Assembly (NCBI GenBank): GCA_965249275.1
Contig: CBDFLQ010000007.1
Coordinates: 928,001 to 992,000, forward strand
Direction of reading: 5' to 3'
DNA: 64,000 nt
DNA from: Dehalococcoidia bacterium
GTDB lineage: Bacteria > Chloroflexota > Dehalococcoidia > Plut-88900
Translations under genes and position numbers: made by a program
The notes under the pieces: model-generated
Database searches by the model: none
Seen by the model: only the letters and a program-made list of their open reading frames with translations
What the model was told of the DNA's origin: nothing
Shown: in pieces, positions 31,997 to 41,977 of the stretch
Numbering within the stretch: the first letter of the stretch is position 1
Layout: every line of letters starts with the position of its first letter

Positions 31997-33157
31997 CTAT
32001 TGGGCTTCAAATGCCTTGGCGGTTTCCGAGTTTACGCTCACCGTATATTCGAGGCCCGGTTCTAAATCTGAGCCAAAAGGAACTACGCTATCTACCGTAG
32101 GGTAGTCATCGGTGCAGGCTACAAAGGGGTCAGCAACTTCATGGTGGGTTATTGCTACCTCAATCCTATCTGACCTTTCTCGCCGGATTTCGTAGCCATT
32201 GAACTGGGAGCAGCTGCCACCCTTGGGCAGGCCGGAGACGATCCGCAGTTGGTATTGAGGCGGATCGCTTTCCAATATCTCCACATCCCAACTTTCGATC
32301 GGGGATTCGGTGATGAAAGTGTGCCCAAGGCCGGGGTCCGGCAAAGTGAATGTAGTGGTCACTGTACCGTTGACAATTACCCGATAGGTCTTCCTAGATT
32401 CGAGTGCCGATCCCGCAAGCTCTACCGTGTCGAGTTCCACGACCTGCTCGTGACAGGGGATAGACCAAGCGGTGAACGGCGGCTGCATCAGGGTGACACT
32501 CACAACAATATCGTTGCCGTCCAGTTGCAGACTTTGGCTGCCGGGACGGGCGCAACCTTCTATGGCGGACTGGTAGTAGGCGATACGGAGGAAGTGTTCA
32601 GGCTCGTTGGGGATTAGGTTAGCGGAAATCACCGTAACAGGGACTTCCACCCATGTCCGCCAGTCTGGGTTGAGGTCATCGACTAGGTCGGGTGGAGGTT
32701 CTACCAACACCAGGAGTATATCTACACTGTCTGGGTTGCCGCGAGTGATCACCTCATAAGCCGTATCGTTGGTAAAGGCAAGACGGCCGTCCGATTCAAT
32801 GATCCTGGCGCTTATTGAATACCTGTTGCGGGAGTCGATGTCTTCACGGCTGTATTCAACCTTGAACTTGATGGGCACTTGTCCCGGGTCTGAGATGGTC
32901 TGCCGAGCAATGAGCCGAGCAGGGGCGTCGGCATAGGAGACGTCTCGCAGCTCCATTACTACTGAAGCACCCGGGCTGAGGTTTAGCCGCTCCCGATAGG
33001 TGACGGTGCCGTTTATCGATGCGTTAGGGGTCTTGCCTGACGGCACTTCCCACGTTGCGTTGGATGAGTCTGAAGCGCTTTGGCAGGCAGCCATAGACAA
33101 CAGGACAAGACTGACTCCTAAGGCCAGGAACAGTGCAGACTTTAATTTAAATTTCAT
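31997..33157 (-). CDS. YbaY-family lipoprotein with two extra Cys-containing beta domains
   Basis: Lipobox MAAC; GTVTYRER..L...ELRDVSYADAPA..IA...GQVPIKF is the YbaY signature. Confidence 0.85.
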   Translation of the reverse strand: MKFKLKSALFLALGVSLVLLSMAACQSASDSSNATWEVPSGKTPNASINGTVTYRERLNLSPGASVVMELRDVSYADAPARLIARQTISDPGQVPIKFKVEYSREDIDSRNRYSISARIIESDGRLAFTNDTAYEVITRGNPDSVDILLVLVEPPPDLVDDLNPDWRTWVEVPVTVISANLIPNEPEHFLRIAYYQSAIEGCARPGSQSLQLDGNDIVVSVTLMQPPFTAWSIPCHEQVVELDTVELAGSALESRKTYRVIVNGTVTTTFTLPDPGLGHTFITESPIESWDVEILESDPPQYQLRIVSGLPKGGSCSQFNGYEIRRERSDRIEVAITHHEVADPFVACTDDYPTVDSVVPFGSDLEPGLEYTVSVNSETAKAFEAQ

Positions 33158-33277
33158 GTCGTCAACCTCGGTAACCAGGATGAATTAGGATTACATTTGT
33201 ATAGACGCACCACGGTGCATATTTGTTCCCAAATTCATCCAGGAAACCGACGCACATACTCACTCGTGCCGTTGACT

Positions 33278-33796
33278 TCAGTGGGGGTGGGGCTCCGAGA
33301 GGGGAGGGGGGCCGTCCATTCGCAGCATGGGAGAGCCGGTGAAGGTAACTACCACACACGGCATGTTGTCGAGGACCTTGCGAGCGAACCAGAACGGGCC
33401 CCACCACGGCAATCGCAGCCTTCGATTCAACTGGATTGCGGCCAGGGCAAGTGCAAAGCGGCGGCGGGGAAAGCCCGGCCTTTCGGCCCACCGCCCGATG
33501 AAGTTGAAAATGTGAGGAAGCCGGTCGTTGGTATTCCAGAGAACACGCGCTCGGCCCGGGATTTCAAACCAGGGCTCGAACTCCACCGTATTCAATGTGA
33601 CGACCGGATTTGCTGCAATGTTGGCTACCCAATCACGACGCCCAGGGTACCCCGACAAGACCACCTGGTCCGCGCCATTCCAATAGTAGGTGGTCTCTAC
33701 AGTACGCCCGCCGCCTGACCTGCGTCGGGTCATGGTAGTGCGGATACGGAAACTGTTTCTTAGGATGTCGGGAAGGGGGTGTGGGAGGTTGGTCAT
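33278..33796 (-). CDS. Deazaflavin-dependent nitroreductase-like (split-barrel) protein
   Basis: T.RRSG..RTVE...SGYPGRRDWVANIAANPVVT. Confidence 0.7.
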   Translation of the reverse strand: MTNLPHPLPDILRNSFRIRTTMTRRRSGGGRTVETTYYWNGADQVVLSGYPGRRDWVANIAANPVVTLNTVEFEPWFEIPGRARVLWNTNDRLPHIFNFIGRWAERPGFPRRRFALALAAIQLNRRLRLPWWGPFWFARKVLDNMPCVVVTFTGSPMLRMDGPPPLSEPHPH

Positions 33797-33933
33797 GGGC
33801 AGGTGTGTGGATGGTAACAACACGAGGAGCAGCTAGCTCTTTGATGGCAATCTAAGGAGATCGGGAGTGCTAGCATTGTTTGGCCACGCGGCGGCACTGT
33901 GTTCTACGAGCCGTGAAACAGGCTCGGGCAGTC

Positions 33934-34173
33934 CTAGTGGGAAGTTCCTAAAATAGCTGCCAAATCACGGCCTGACGTTGCCGGGGGCAACGGTTTGCGG
34001 TCAACTCGATACAAGGCGACTGCTTCTTCCACAATCCGGCAAAGTTCTTCAAATACTAACCGCTCGTCGTCGCCATGACATCCGCCATAGACCAACCCGG
34101 GAGCGCTTCCTACGTAGCACTGGTCAGCTTCGGACCACTCGACCACCTTAACGTACCGGGCGCTGTCATTCAT
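33934..34173 (-). CDS. hicB: HicB-family antitoxin
   Basis: YVKVVEWSEADQCYVGSAPGL..GCHGD...LP; overlaps the hicA stop. Confidence 0.8.
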   Translation of the reverse strand: MNDSARYVKVVEWSEADQCYVGSAPGLVYGGCHGDDERLVFEELCRIVEEAVALYRVDRKPLPPATSGRDLAAILGTSH

Positions 34174-34367
34174 GTCATTGAATCCTCAATGGCGGTTCTT
34201 ACTGCACGTCTTTGGTAGTTCTTTGCATCATCCCCTAGGTTACCGGAAATTGTAACAGGTCGAGGAACGTTAGGATGTACAAAGTTACGATGGTTGCCCC
34301 GTCCACCTCGATTAAAGAAGCCCGCCCGTTCCAAGTCGAGTACCAATGCGCGGATCTTTGGTGGCAA
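34170..34367 (-). CDS. hicA: HicA-family toxin
   Basis: LERAGF..RGGRGNHRNFVHP..VTISG; 65 aa, basic. Confidence 0.85.
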   Translation of the reverse strand: MPPKIRALVLDLERAGFFNRGGRGNHRNFVHPNVPRPVTISGNLGDDAKNYQRRAVRTAIEDSMT

Positions 34368-34517
34368 GGTTAATCGACGTCTGCCGACAGGCTTATGGTC
34401 TTTAAGCCAGCCTTAACAAAGAAGACAACTTTGACTCGCTGGTTTGTAGATAGGGATATAGTGGTCAAGTCTAGAAAGGCCGATGCGGACCCATAGGATC
34501 AAGGATTTCCAGGAAAT

Positions 34518-34591
34518 TGGCTGGGGAACCAGGATTCGAACCTGGGCTTACGGATCCAGAGTCCGCCGTCCTACCGCTAGACGATTCCCCA
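34518..34591 (-). tRNA. tRNA-Gln(CTG)
   Basis: TGGGGAA/TTCCCCA acceptor, GCGGA-CTCTGGA-TCCGT anticodon arm, TTCGAAT, CCA. Confidence 0.96.
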
Positions 34592-34661
34592 TCGGGCATC
34601 CCATTTTAGCAGACTGGACCGGGCTAGTCGAAGAGTGAAATCAGCCTTCTACCCCGGCCGC

Positions 34662-36128
34662 CTACTCCAGCGCCTCCAGTGCTGCCCTAAGCCGTCCTAT
34701 GCACCGTTTTCTCCCCAGAACCGACATGGTCTGGAACAACGGTGGTGCCGCCGTACGGCCCGTCACCCCAACTCGAAGAGCACCGAATAGCTGGCCTGTC
34801 TTGATGCCCAAAGTCGGGGCCAAGGGTCTCAATGCCCCTTCCAAGGTCTCCACATCCCAGTCTCGCAACTCCGTCAGCACAGCAAGAGCCGATTTCAGTG
34901 CGGTAACAGCCCCCTCGTGGTCCATCTTCTTAGGTACCAGGGCCTCAGGGTCGTGAGACAGATCTTCCACAAAGAAGAATTCTGACAGTTCAGGTAACTC
35001 TTCCAAAGTCTTGGTACGCTCCTGGAGCAGCTCAAGAACTTGTCCTAAGTAGTCTTGATCCAAGGGACGGGGGATGTCTTGCGGCAGACCGGACTCCAAG
35101 GACTGCAGGGCCACTTCCATAAATCGATCAGCGGACAATTCCCGCAGGTAGACGCCGTTCATCCAAGCCAGTTTTGTGATATCGAATATGGCGCCGCTTT
35201 TCCCCACCCTCTCCAAAGTGAAGTGTTTGACGAGCATCTCACGGGTGAAAAGCTCGGTGTGGTCGTCGAGGGCCCAGCCCATCAGGGCGAGGTAGTTGAC
35301 CATAACATCGGGCAGGAAACCCAGGTCTCTATAGTCGAGAAGTGCAGCGGCGCCGTGGCGTTTGCTCAGCTTGGACCGGTCGGGGCCGAGGATGATGGGC
35401 AGATGTCCGTATTCGGGAGGAGTCATGCCGAGGGCCTCGTAGAGGAGCAGGTGCCTGGGTGTACTCGAAAGCCACTCCTCCGCCCTCAGCACATGGGATA
35501 TTTCCATCAGGTGGTCATCGACCACGTTGGCCATGTGGTAGGTCGGGAACCGGTCTGTCTTGATGAGCACGAAATCTCCGAGTTGGTCCGACTCGAAGGA
35601 GACTTCGTCACGTACGCGGTCGTTGAAGGATATGGTCTGGGCCTCGGGGACGCGGAACCTGACGACAGGAACGTCGGCATCTCCCCCGGCCTTGGCCTGC
35701 TGCTCAGATACGTCCCGGCACCTACCATCGTAGCGCGGGTTCTGTTTATGCTTGGACTGCTCGTCCCGTACGGCTTTCAGGCGCTCCGCCGAGCAATAGC
35801 AATGGAAGGCTGCACCACTGTCAAGCAGCTGTCGTGCGTAGCGGTCGTAGATGTCTAGTCGCTCAGACTGGAGGTAAGGCCCGAAGTCACCTCCGACCTC
35901 GGGGCCCTCGTCCCAGTCCAGGTCAAGCCATCTGAGACTTTCCAGTATGGCCTCAATGGCGCCTGTTTGGGTACGGGCCTGGTCGGTGTCTTCGATCCGA
36001 ACGATCATCCGACCGCCGTTGTGCCGGGCAAACAGCCAGTTAAACAGTGCAGTACGGATATTCCCGACGTGAGGTATCCCCGTTGGGCTGGGGGCGTATC
36101 TAACTCTAACTTTTTTGTCTTGTATCAT
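34662..36128 (-). CDS. gltX: Glutamate--tRNA ligase
   Basis: RYAPSPTGIPHVGN (HIGH), RIEDTD, KLSKR. Confidence 0.97.
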   Translation of the reverse strand: MIQDKKVRVRYAPSPTGIPHVGNIRTALFNWLFARHNGGRMIVRIEDTDQARTQTGAIEAILESLRWLDLDWDEGPEVGGDFGPYLQSERLDIYDRYARQLLDSGAAFHCYCSAERLKAVRDEQSKHKQNPRYDGRCRDVSEQQAKAGGDADVPVVRFRVPEAQTISFNDRVRDEVSFESDQLGDFVLIKTDRFPTYHMANVVDDHLMEISHVLRAEEWLSSTPRHLLLYEALGMTPPEYGHLPIILGPDRSKLSKRHGAAALLDYRDLGFLPDVMVNYLALMGWALDDHTELFTREMLVKHFTLERVGKSGAIFDITKLAWMNGVYLRELSADRFMEVALQSLESGLPQDIPRPLDQDYLGQVLELLQERTKTLEELPELSEFFFVEDLSHDPEALVPKKMDHEGAVTALKSALAVLTELRDWDVETLEGALRPLAPTLGIKTGQLFGALRVGVTGRTAAPPLFQTMSVLGRKRCIGRLRAALEALE

Positions 36129-36140
36129 CAGGCGTCAATT

Positions 36141-37070
36141 CTAGCATCCCGTGTCGCTTAGCGAATTCAGAAAGCCTGAAAGCTCTCCCGGCAACTGCGA
36201 ATTCACTTCGATTTCATCCATAGATACGGGATGCCGAAACCTGAGGTAGGCCGCGTGGAGAAAGTGTCTGGCAAGGCGCTTGTTTCTCTTCCCGTACACG
36301 CTGTCTCCGACCACCGGATACCCTATTGCCGCCATATGCACCCTGACCTGGTGTGTCCGTCCCGTCTTCGGGGTGACCCTTAGAAGCGTATCTCCCCCGA
36401 ATATCCCGACGGTCTCGTACCTAGTCGTTGACTGCCGGCCATCCTGTACGACTGCCATCTCCTTCCGACGTTTGAGATGCCTACCGAGGGGGGCCTCGAT
36501 CACACCTTCCGGGGGCACGACCAAGCCCTCGACCAATGCCATGTACATCTTGGAGACCGTTCTCTGCTTGAACTGTGCCGAAAGGTCTTGATGAGCATCT
36601 GCGGTCTTGGCGACTATAAGCAGACCAGAGGTATCCTTGTCGAGGCGGTGCACAATCCCGGGTCTGGCCGGGTCACCCACCTCGGCCAAGTCAGGCAGAT
36701 AGGCAAGCAGGGCGTTGGACAGGGTCCCACCCCCATGACCGGGGCCCGGATGGGTCGGCACTCCGGCGGGCTTATCTACCACCAACACTTCGGTATCTTC
36801 GTATAGGATGGCTAAGTCGAATGGTCGGGGGTCTGGAATCTCGGGTTGTTCGGCCTGCGGATCCATCACCACCATGTCCGACGCCTTCATCCTGTACCCT
36901 GCGCGGACTGACCGACCGTTCACTCGCACTCTTCCTTCGGCGATCATTTTTTGGATGAAAGAGCGGGATAGATCGGGGCATAAGTCGGCAAGGTGCTTGT
37001 CGAGTCTAGCGTCCGGCTTTGCAGGAAGGGTGCGGTCCTCCGGCCTCGGGTCAGGGAGGGGCGCCATCAC
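36141..37070 (-). CDS. rluD: RluA/RluD-family pseudouridine synthase
   Basis: S4 domain, VVDKPAG, HRLDKDTSG, TGRTHQVRVH, LHA. Confidence 0.9.
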   Translation of the reverse strand: MMAPLPDPRPEDRTLPAKPDARLDKHLADLCPDLSRSFIQKMIAEGRVRVNGRSVRAGYRMKASDMVVMDPQAEQPEIPDPRPFDLAILYEDTEVLVVDKPAGVPTHPGPGHGGGTLSNALLAYLPDLAEVGDPARPGIVHRLDKDTSGLLIVAKTADAHQDLSAQFKQRTVSKMYMALVEGLVVPPEGVIEAPLGRHLKRRKEMAVVQDGRQSTTRYETVGIFGGDTLLRVTPKTGRTHQVRVHMAAIGYPVVGDSVYGKRNKRLARHFLHAAYLRFRHPVSMDEIEVNSQLPGELSGFLNSLSDTGC

Positions 37071-37557
37071 TCGCCTTATCCTTGGAGTCCTTGCCGAAGA
37101 GCAGGGCTACGGCGAGGACCACAAACCCGACAGTGATTGAAGAGTCGGCGACATTGAACACGGGCCAAAACCGGAAGTCCACGAAGTCGACCACGTACCC
37201 GTAGGCTATTCTATCTATCAAATTCCCGATGGCCCCACCCAACTGCATGGTCAAACTTATTGCCAACAGGTTGCTTGTTCCCCCGCTCCTGAAGAAGACG
37301 AAGGCTATGACCACAACCCCGACGACCGCCGCTATTGTGAGGGCAAAGGTCTGATTAGGGAAAAGTCCGAAGGCGCTACCCGTGTTCTGGACGTAGGTGA
37401 GACGGACGGGGGTGTCCGCCGGAATGGACTCCCCAACGCTCATCAGATTTTTCACAAGGGCCTTGGTGGCCTGGTCCATCCCGAGAATCGACAGCCACAA
37501 TGCAAGGAGATACAGGTTGCGCCGCTCTCTGAATATCCCTGCAAGACGTGCCTTCAT
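37051..37557 (-). CDS. lspA: Lipoprotein signal peptidase II
   Basis: DQATK, NTGSAFG, GGAIGNLIDR, VVDF, WPVFNVADS. Confidence 0.96.
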   Translation of the reverse strand: MKARLAGIFRERRNLYLLALWLSILGMDQATKALVKNLMSVGESIPADTPVRLTYVQNTGSAFGLFPNQTFALTIAAVVGVVVIAFVFFRSGGTSNLLAISLTMQLGGAIGNLIDRIAYGYVVDFVDFRFWPVFNVADSSITVGFVVLAVALLFGKDSKDKASDGAPP

Positions 37558-37575
37558 AGGTAATTCCCGGACTTC
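37436..37575. repeat. 140-bp direct repeat copy 1 (lspA 5' end)
   Basis: 134/140 identical to 39985-40124. Confidence 0.95.
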
Positions 37576-38020
37576 ACGATTTTACCACGGCGGCCCCGAG
37601 GCCAATAGATGAACACCGGCGTCTAGAAGCTAACCATCTTTCCAGCCTCATATGGTCAAGACAGTTTCGCAAAGTCCGTTCTTAGAGTTTTTGCCGGGCG
37701 CGCGGGCAGTCCCAGCAGTGGGCAGCCTGAAGCTCAAGGAGACTAGCTTGAAAAAACTCGATACTCTTGATATGCTCAAGCCTCGCGTGGGAGGTGATCC
37801 TTCACGCAAAGGGTGCAAAGGGCTTTGCAGTTACATTGTGGGCATTAGCTACCCAAGTGTAGGTGGAGCCTTAGAGCTACAGGGACAGTAGGCCGGTCGT
37901 TTCATCAGGTGAAAAGGCCGCCGAACTATGCCCACTTTTCGGCAGACCATTTGGATGTGCTACCAGCATGTTTTCTGCCGTCAAGACCCCATTAAGTGAA
38001 GAAAGGAAGAGAAGAACAAA

Positions 38021-38761
38021 GTGCCTTTGAAAGGTGTCATCCTAGCCGCTGGGGACGGAGGACGTTTACTGCCTATAACGTTGAAAACACCGAAGGTGTT
38101 ATTGGAGGTAGCGGGCCGTCCCATTATCCAATATCCCCTAGAAGCACTACATGCTTCCGGCGTCGACAATATCGCAGTTGTGGTGGGATATAAATCTGAA
38201 GCGATAATAGATCATCTAGAACGTGGTAGTAGCGAAGTCCCTACACCAACTTTTGTCATGAACCCCCATTATCAGGGTGAAAACGCCCTATCGCTATGGG
38301 CAGCACGAGAGTTTGTGGGGGACGACCCCTTCATTCTCTGCATGGGTGACCATATCATCCACCCTGGGGTCATCTCTCGACTATTGAATGTCCCATTAGG
38401 CACTTGTGTTCTGGGAGTCGATTCAGCAGCTCAGCACTCTTTCCAGATAAACGACGCTACTTTCGTATTCACGAATCCGTCGGGTAACGTTGTAGAAATC
38501 GGCAAGGACCTGAAGACCTGGAACGCCATAGACATGGGTGTTTTCATGCTCAACGACCAAGTCTTCGATTCGATCGATTATCTGCGGCATATCCATGGAC
38601 TGGGTGTGCAGTTAAGCCACGTAGTAAGATTGGCGACCGACACAAGCAACCCCTTCGCTACGTGCGACATGTCCGGTCTGTTCTGGGGCGACGTCGACAC
38701 CCGGGACGATTACGAACTGATCAACCGTGTTATTAGCCGCGGCGGTGGGCTGGACCTATAA
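38021..38761 (+). CDS. NTP-transferase, phosphocholine/inositol-1-P cytidylyltransferase-like
   Basis: GVILAAGDGGRL...PK, VVGYK, N..Y..EN..SL, MGDH, W.DVDT.DD. Confidence 0.8.
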   Translation: MPLKGVILAAGDGGRLLPITLKTPKVLLEVAGRPIIQYPLEALHASGVDNIAVVVGYKSEAIIDHLERGSSEVPTPTFVMNPHYQGENALSLWAAREFVGDDPFILCMGDHIIHPGVISRLLNVPLGTCVLGVDSAAQHSFQINDATFVFTNPSGNVVEIGKDLKTWNAIDMGVFMLNDQVFDSIDYLRHIHGLGVQLSHVVRLATDTSNPFATCDMSGLFWGDVDTRDDYELINRVISRGGGLDL

Positions 38762-38891
38762 CGCTGCCCGCTTTCCCGTACCTGCATCATCACCTCTCCG
38801 GGTCCACTGCGATGCCTATTCAGCACGTCCGGAGACTGTATTCCGACCGCCGATGACCGCGCCCGGGTTGTATGCAAGAAAGGATAGAACA

Positions 38892-39821
38892 TTGACAACG
38901 CTCGCCGAGCTGGGAGAGGCCGCTTACGATAAGACGATCAAGTCCCCGGAACCGATGGATCCCGCTGTGGCCGCAGAACGCCTGAGGGACGTCAAACGAA
39001 TCTTCGATCAGATGGGAATAGTGTTCTTCCTAGGATCTGGAACATGCCTAGGCGCTATCCGGGAGAACGGGTTCATCCCATGGGACGATGAAATGGATAC
39101 GGCCTCCGTCATCGGGCTTCACGGCCTGACCGAGGAGACCATCGACCAGGGCATCGCAGCCTTCACTGATAACGGGTACTACGTGCACGTCGGACGCAGC
39201 CCGCTTTATGTCGGATTATCCATGGTGAAGTCGGGAATCCGGGTGGACTGGACCTGCCACCGGATCATTGGCGACAACATCTGCCAGTACCCCGCCGTCA
39301 ACACCCCCTTGAAGCTATTTACTAATTTGAAAGAGATCTGTTTCATCGGGGAGAAATTCCTAGTTCCTAATCCGCCCGAAGAATACCTTCGCATAAAGTA
39401 TGGTCGGGACTGGAAAGTCCCAAAGGGGCCCGGGTTTGAGAAGGACGTTGTGGAGAAGATCCCGGACGGCGACCTGCTCAGCCGCCTCCGTAGGATCGAT
39501 CAGTTCCTGGCCAAGCACGTCCTCCCCTGGCGTTCAGGCAGAATAAGAGTATTCAACCGCGAGGGCAAACCGGTCCATGGCGCGGAGGTCGTAGTTGCGG
39601 GAGTGGGCCGCTCCAAGACCAACAAGGAAGGATATGCGAAGCTCTACGTGCCCAATGAGTACTACTATGCAGTGACCGTCAAATATGACGATCACGAAGA
39701 GATACTCTACGAAGAGGTGCTGGTTCCGCGTGTACCGTACGTCTACAAACCGGGCCCCGACCCCAGCACGATTAAGCACTATAAGGCCGGGGTGCGGGCT
39801 ATGGCCCTGACTCGGGAGTAA
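38892..39821 (+). CDS. LicD/fukutin-family nucleotidyltransferase-fold protein with C-terminal beta-sandwich
   Basis: FLGSGTCLGAIRENGFIPWDDEMD, VPNPPEEYLRIKYGRDWKVP; TTG start with AAGGA RBS. Confidence 0.85.
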   Translation: MTTLAELGEAAYDKTIKSPEPMDPAVAAERLRDVKRIFDQMGIVFFLGSGTCLGAIRENGFIPWDDEMDTASVIGLHGLTEETIDQGIAAFTDNGYYVHVGRSPLYVGLSMVKSGIRVDWTCHRIIGDNICQYPAVNTPLKLFTNLKEICFIGEKFLVPNPPEEYLRIKYGRDWKVPKGPGFEKDVVEKIPDGDLLSRLRRIDQFLAKHVLPWRSGRIRVFNREGKPVHGAEVVVAGVGRSKTNKEGYAKLYVPNEYYYAVTVKYDDHEEILYEEVLVPRVPYVYKPGPDPSTIKHYKAGVRAMALTRE

Positions 39822-39984
39822 GCCCGCCAAATCGGGGAGCCCACCATTAGAGCTTGGGTCTTACATCGGCCTACACCGTATTCACTCTCGTTCTATCATA
39901 TCCCGCGGAAATTAAAACGCAGAATCGCAATGCCCAGCCCAGCCAGTCTGTCCGTTATAGCCAGGACCACTCCGCTCTTCATGC

Positions 39985-40124
39985 ACGCTCATGAGGTTTT
40001 TCACTAGGGCCTTCGTGACCTGGTCCATCCCGAGAATCGACAGCCACAATGCAAGGAGATACAGGTTGCGTCGCTCTCTGAATATCCCTGCAAGACGTGC
40101 CTTCATAGGTAATTCCCGGACTTC
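39985..40124 (-). pseudogene. Duplicated, truncated lspA 5' end (direct repeat copy 2)
   Basis: Encodes MKARLAGIFRERRNLYLLALWLSILGMDQVTKALVKNLMSV, then diverges. Confidence 0.93.
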
Positions 40125-40156
40125 CAAATCTTAACACGGAGGATTGTAAGCGCTTG

Positions 40157-40819
40157 CTATTTCTTCCCGTCTCCACCCAGGGAAGTAAGGTCAAATGCCT
40201 TCAAGAAAAACTCTCCGGAGGCATTGGCCATTTCGTCCGTTTTGCGCGTCCAGAAGTGGTCCTCGCCATCGATGATGAAGTGCTCTTCTTCCAGGGTGCC
40301 GGCCCTTAGCCTCTCTGCGGGCAAGAAAGCGTCTGAGTCACCGCAGACCACGAATTTCGGGCCGGGGGTGATGTTCCAGCGCCTACCGGTAATGCTGGAA
40401 ACTATGGGAGACACCGCCAAAACGGGCCTTCGGGCGCTGCTTTCGACGGCCAGCCGCATGACTATCTCCGCCCCGAAAGAATAGCCGGCCAAGCCGATCT
40501 TGACAGGGTCTATGCCTTCTTCCTTGCCGAGAAACGATACGGCAGCCTTCAGGTCGTCAAGCTCGCCACGGCCGTCATCGTACTTGCCCTCGCTGCGGCC
40601 CACGCCCCGAAAGTTGAATCTAAGGCTCGGAATGCCCAGCGTAGCCAGTTTATTCGCTATCGCCAAGACTACTCCGCTTTCCATGTCGCCTCCGTGCAGC
40701 GGGTGGGGATGGGCTATGGCTACGGCAGCGCGATGCTCTGCCTTACCTTCCGGTGAACTCGTAATCACTCCTTCGATCTTCAATGAGCCAGAGGCAAACG
40801 TAACGCTTCTGCTTTTCAA
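40157..40819 (-). CDS. Alpha/beta hydrolase
   Basis: HPHPLHGGDM, LRFNFRGVGRSEG, GYSFG nucleophile elbow, DHF. Confidence 0.92.
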   Translation of the reverse strand: MKSRSVTFASGSLKIEGVITSSPEGKAEHRAAVAIAHPHPLHGGDMESGVVLAIANKLATLGIPSLRFNFRGVGRSEGKYDDGRGELDDLKAAVSFLGKEEGIDPVKIGLAGYSFGAEIVMRLAVESSARRPVLAVSPIVSSITGRRWNITPGPKFVVCGDSDAFLPAERLRAGTLEEEHFIIDGEDHFWTRKTDEMANASGEFFLKAFDLTSLGGDGKK

Positions 40820-40943
40820 CTTGTATTCTCCGTTCTATCCGATATATTCGATTTAAGGTCAGGGGGTGACATGTTATGGCCTGCACTGGTAAGCCTCAAC
40901 ACCCGATGCTAGAATGGGCCATCTCCTGCGGAGGCCCATCCCT

Positions 40944-41975
40944 ATGAAAATCGTTGATCTTCGGAGCGACACGGTAACACAGCCCACCCCGGAAATGCGG
41001 GAAGCAATAGCGAACTCCACCCTCGGAGACGACGTATTCGGGGAAGACCCGACCGTCAACCGGCTGGAGACCATGGCCGCCGAGCGGTTAGGCAAAGAGG
41101 CCGCCGTACTGGTGTCCAGCGGGACTCAGGGCAACCTCACCGCCATACTCTCCCACTGCCAACGGGGAGACGAGGTCATCCTCGGGAACAAGTCCCACAG
41201 CTATCTATACGAGGCCGGAGGGGTCTCGGCGTTCGGGGGCGTCCACGTCTTCTCTATTCCCACTACCAAGCGCGGCGGGTTAGATCCAGTCGACATTGAG
41301 GACGCCATCCGTCCCGAAAACCAGCATTTTCCTCACACGGCCCTGGTCTGCATGGAGAACACTCACAACTTGTCGGGGGGGACGGCGCTCGGGCCGGGCG
41401 AACTCGGGCCCGTTGCCAAGGTTGCCCAGAGCCACGATATCCCACTACACCTGGACGGGGCACGGCTTTTCAACGCCTCCGTAGCTCTAGGGGTGGACGT
41501 GCAGGAACTCACGGGCCCTTTTGATACGGTCACCTTCTGCCTCTCCAAGGGACTGTCATGCCCCGTGGGGTCGGTCCTGTGCGGCTCGGAGGAGTTTATT
41601 CACAAGGCCCGCAAGATCCGCAAAGCCCTGGGCGGAGGCATGAGGCAGGCCGGCATCATAGCCGCGGCGGGAATCATTGCCCTGGAAACGATGGTTGACA
41701 GACTGGCGGAAGACCACTCCAACGCCCGGGCCATCGCGGAGGGGCTTGCCGAGATTCCGGGGCTCAGCCTTGACCTCGAGCGGGTGCAGACCAACATGAT
41801 TATGGTGGACGTCGAGAAGGAGTTTCCCAACGGGGGAGTTACCGCTGCCCTAGGAGAACACGGCGTAATGGCCCTGGACCGCGGGGGCGGCAAGCTTCGG
41901 CTAGTGACCCACTACGGTATCGATGAGGCCGACGTTGGTCAGACCGTCGAAGCGTTCCGGGCGGTGATGAACTAG
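40944..41975 (+). CDS. ltaE: Low-specificity L-threonine aldolase
   Basis: DLRSDTVT, GDDVFGEDPT, ENTHN, HLDGARLFNA, CLSKGL. Confidence 0.95.
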   Translation: MKIVDLRSDTVTQPTPEMREAIANSTLGDDVFGEDPTVNRLETMAAERLGKEAAVLVSSGTQGNLTAILSHCQRGDEVILGNKSHSYLYEAGGVSAFGGVHVFSIPTTKRGGLDPVDIEDAIRPENQHFPHTALVCMENTHNLSGGTALGPGELGPVAKVAQSHDIPLHLDGARLFNASVALGVDVQELTGPFDTVTFCLSKGLSCPVGSVLCGSEEFIHKARKIRKALGGGMRQAGIIAAAGIIALETMVDRLAEDHSNARAIAEGLAEIPGLSLDLERVQTNMIMVDVEKEFPNGGVTAALGEHGVMALDRGGGKLRLVTHYGIDEADVGQTVEAFRAVMN

Positions 41976-41977
41976 CC

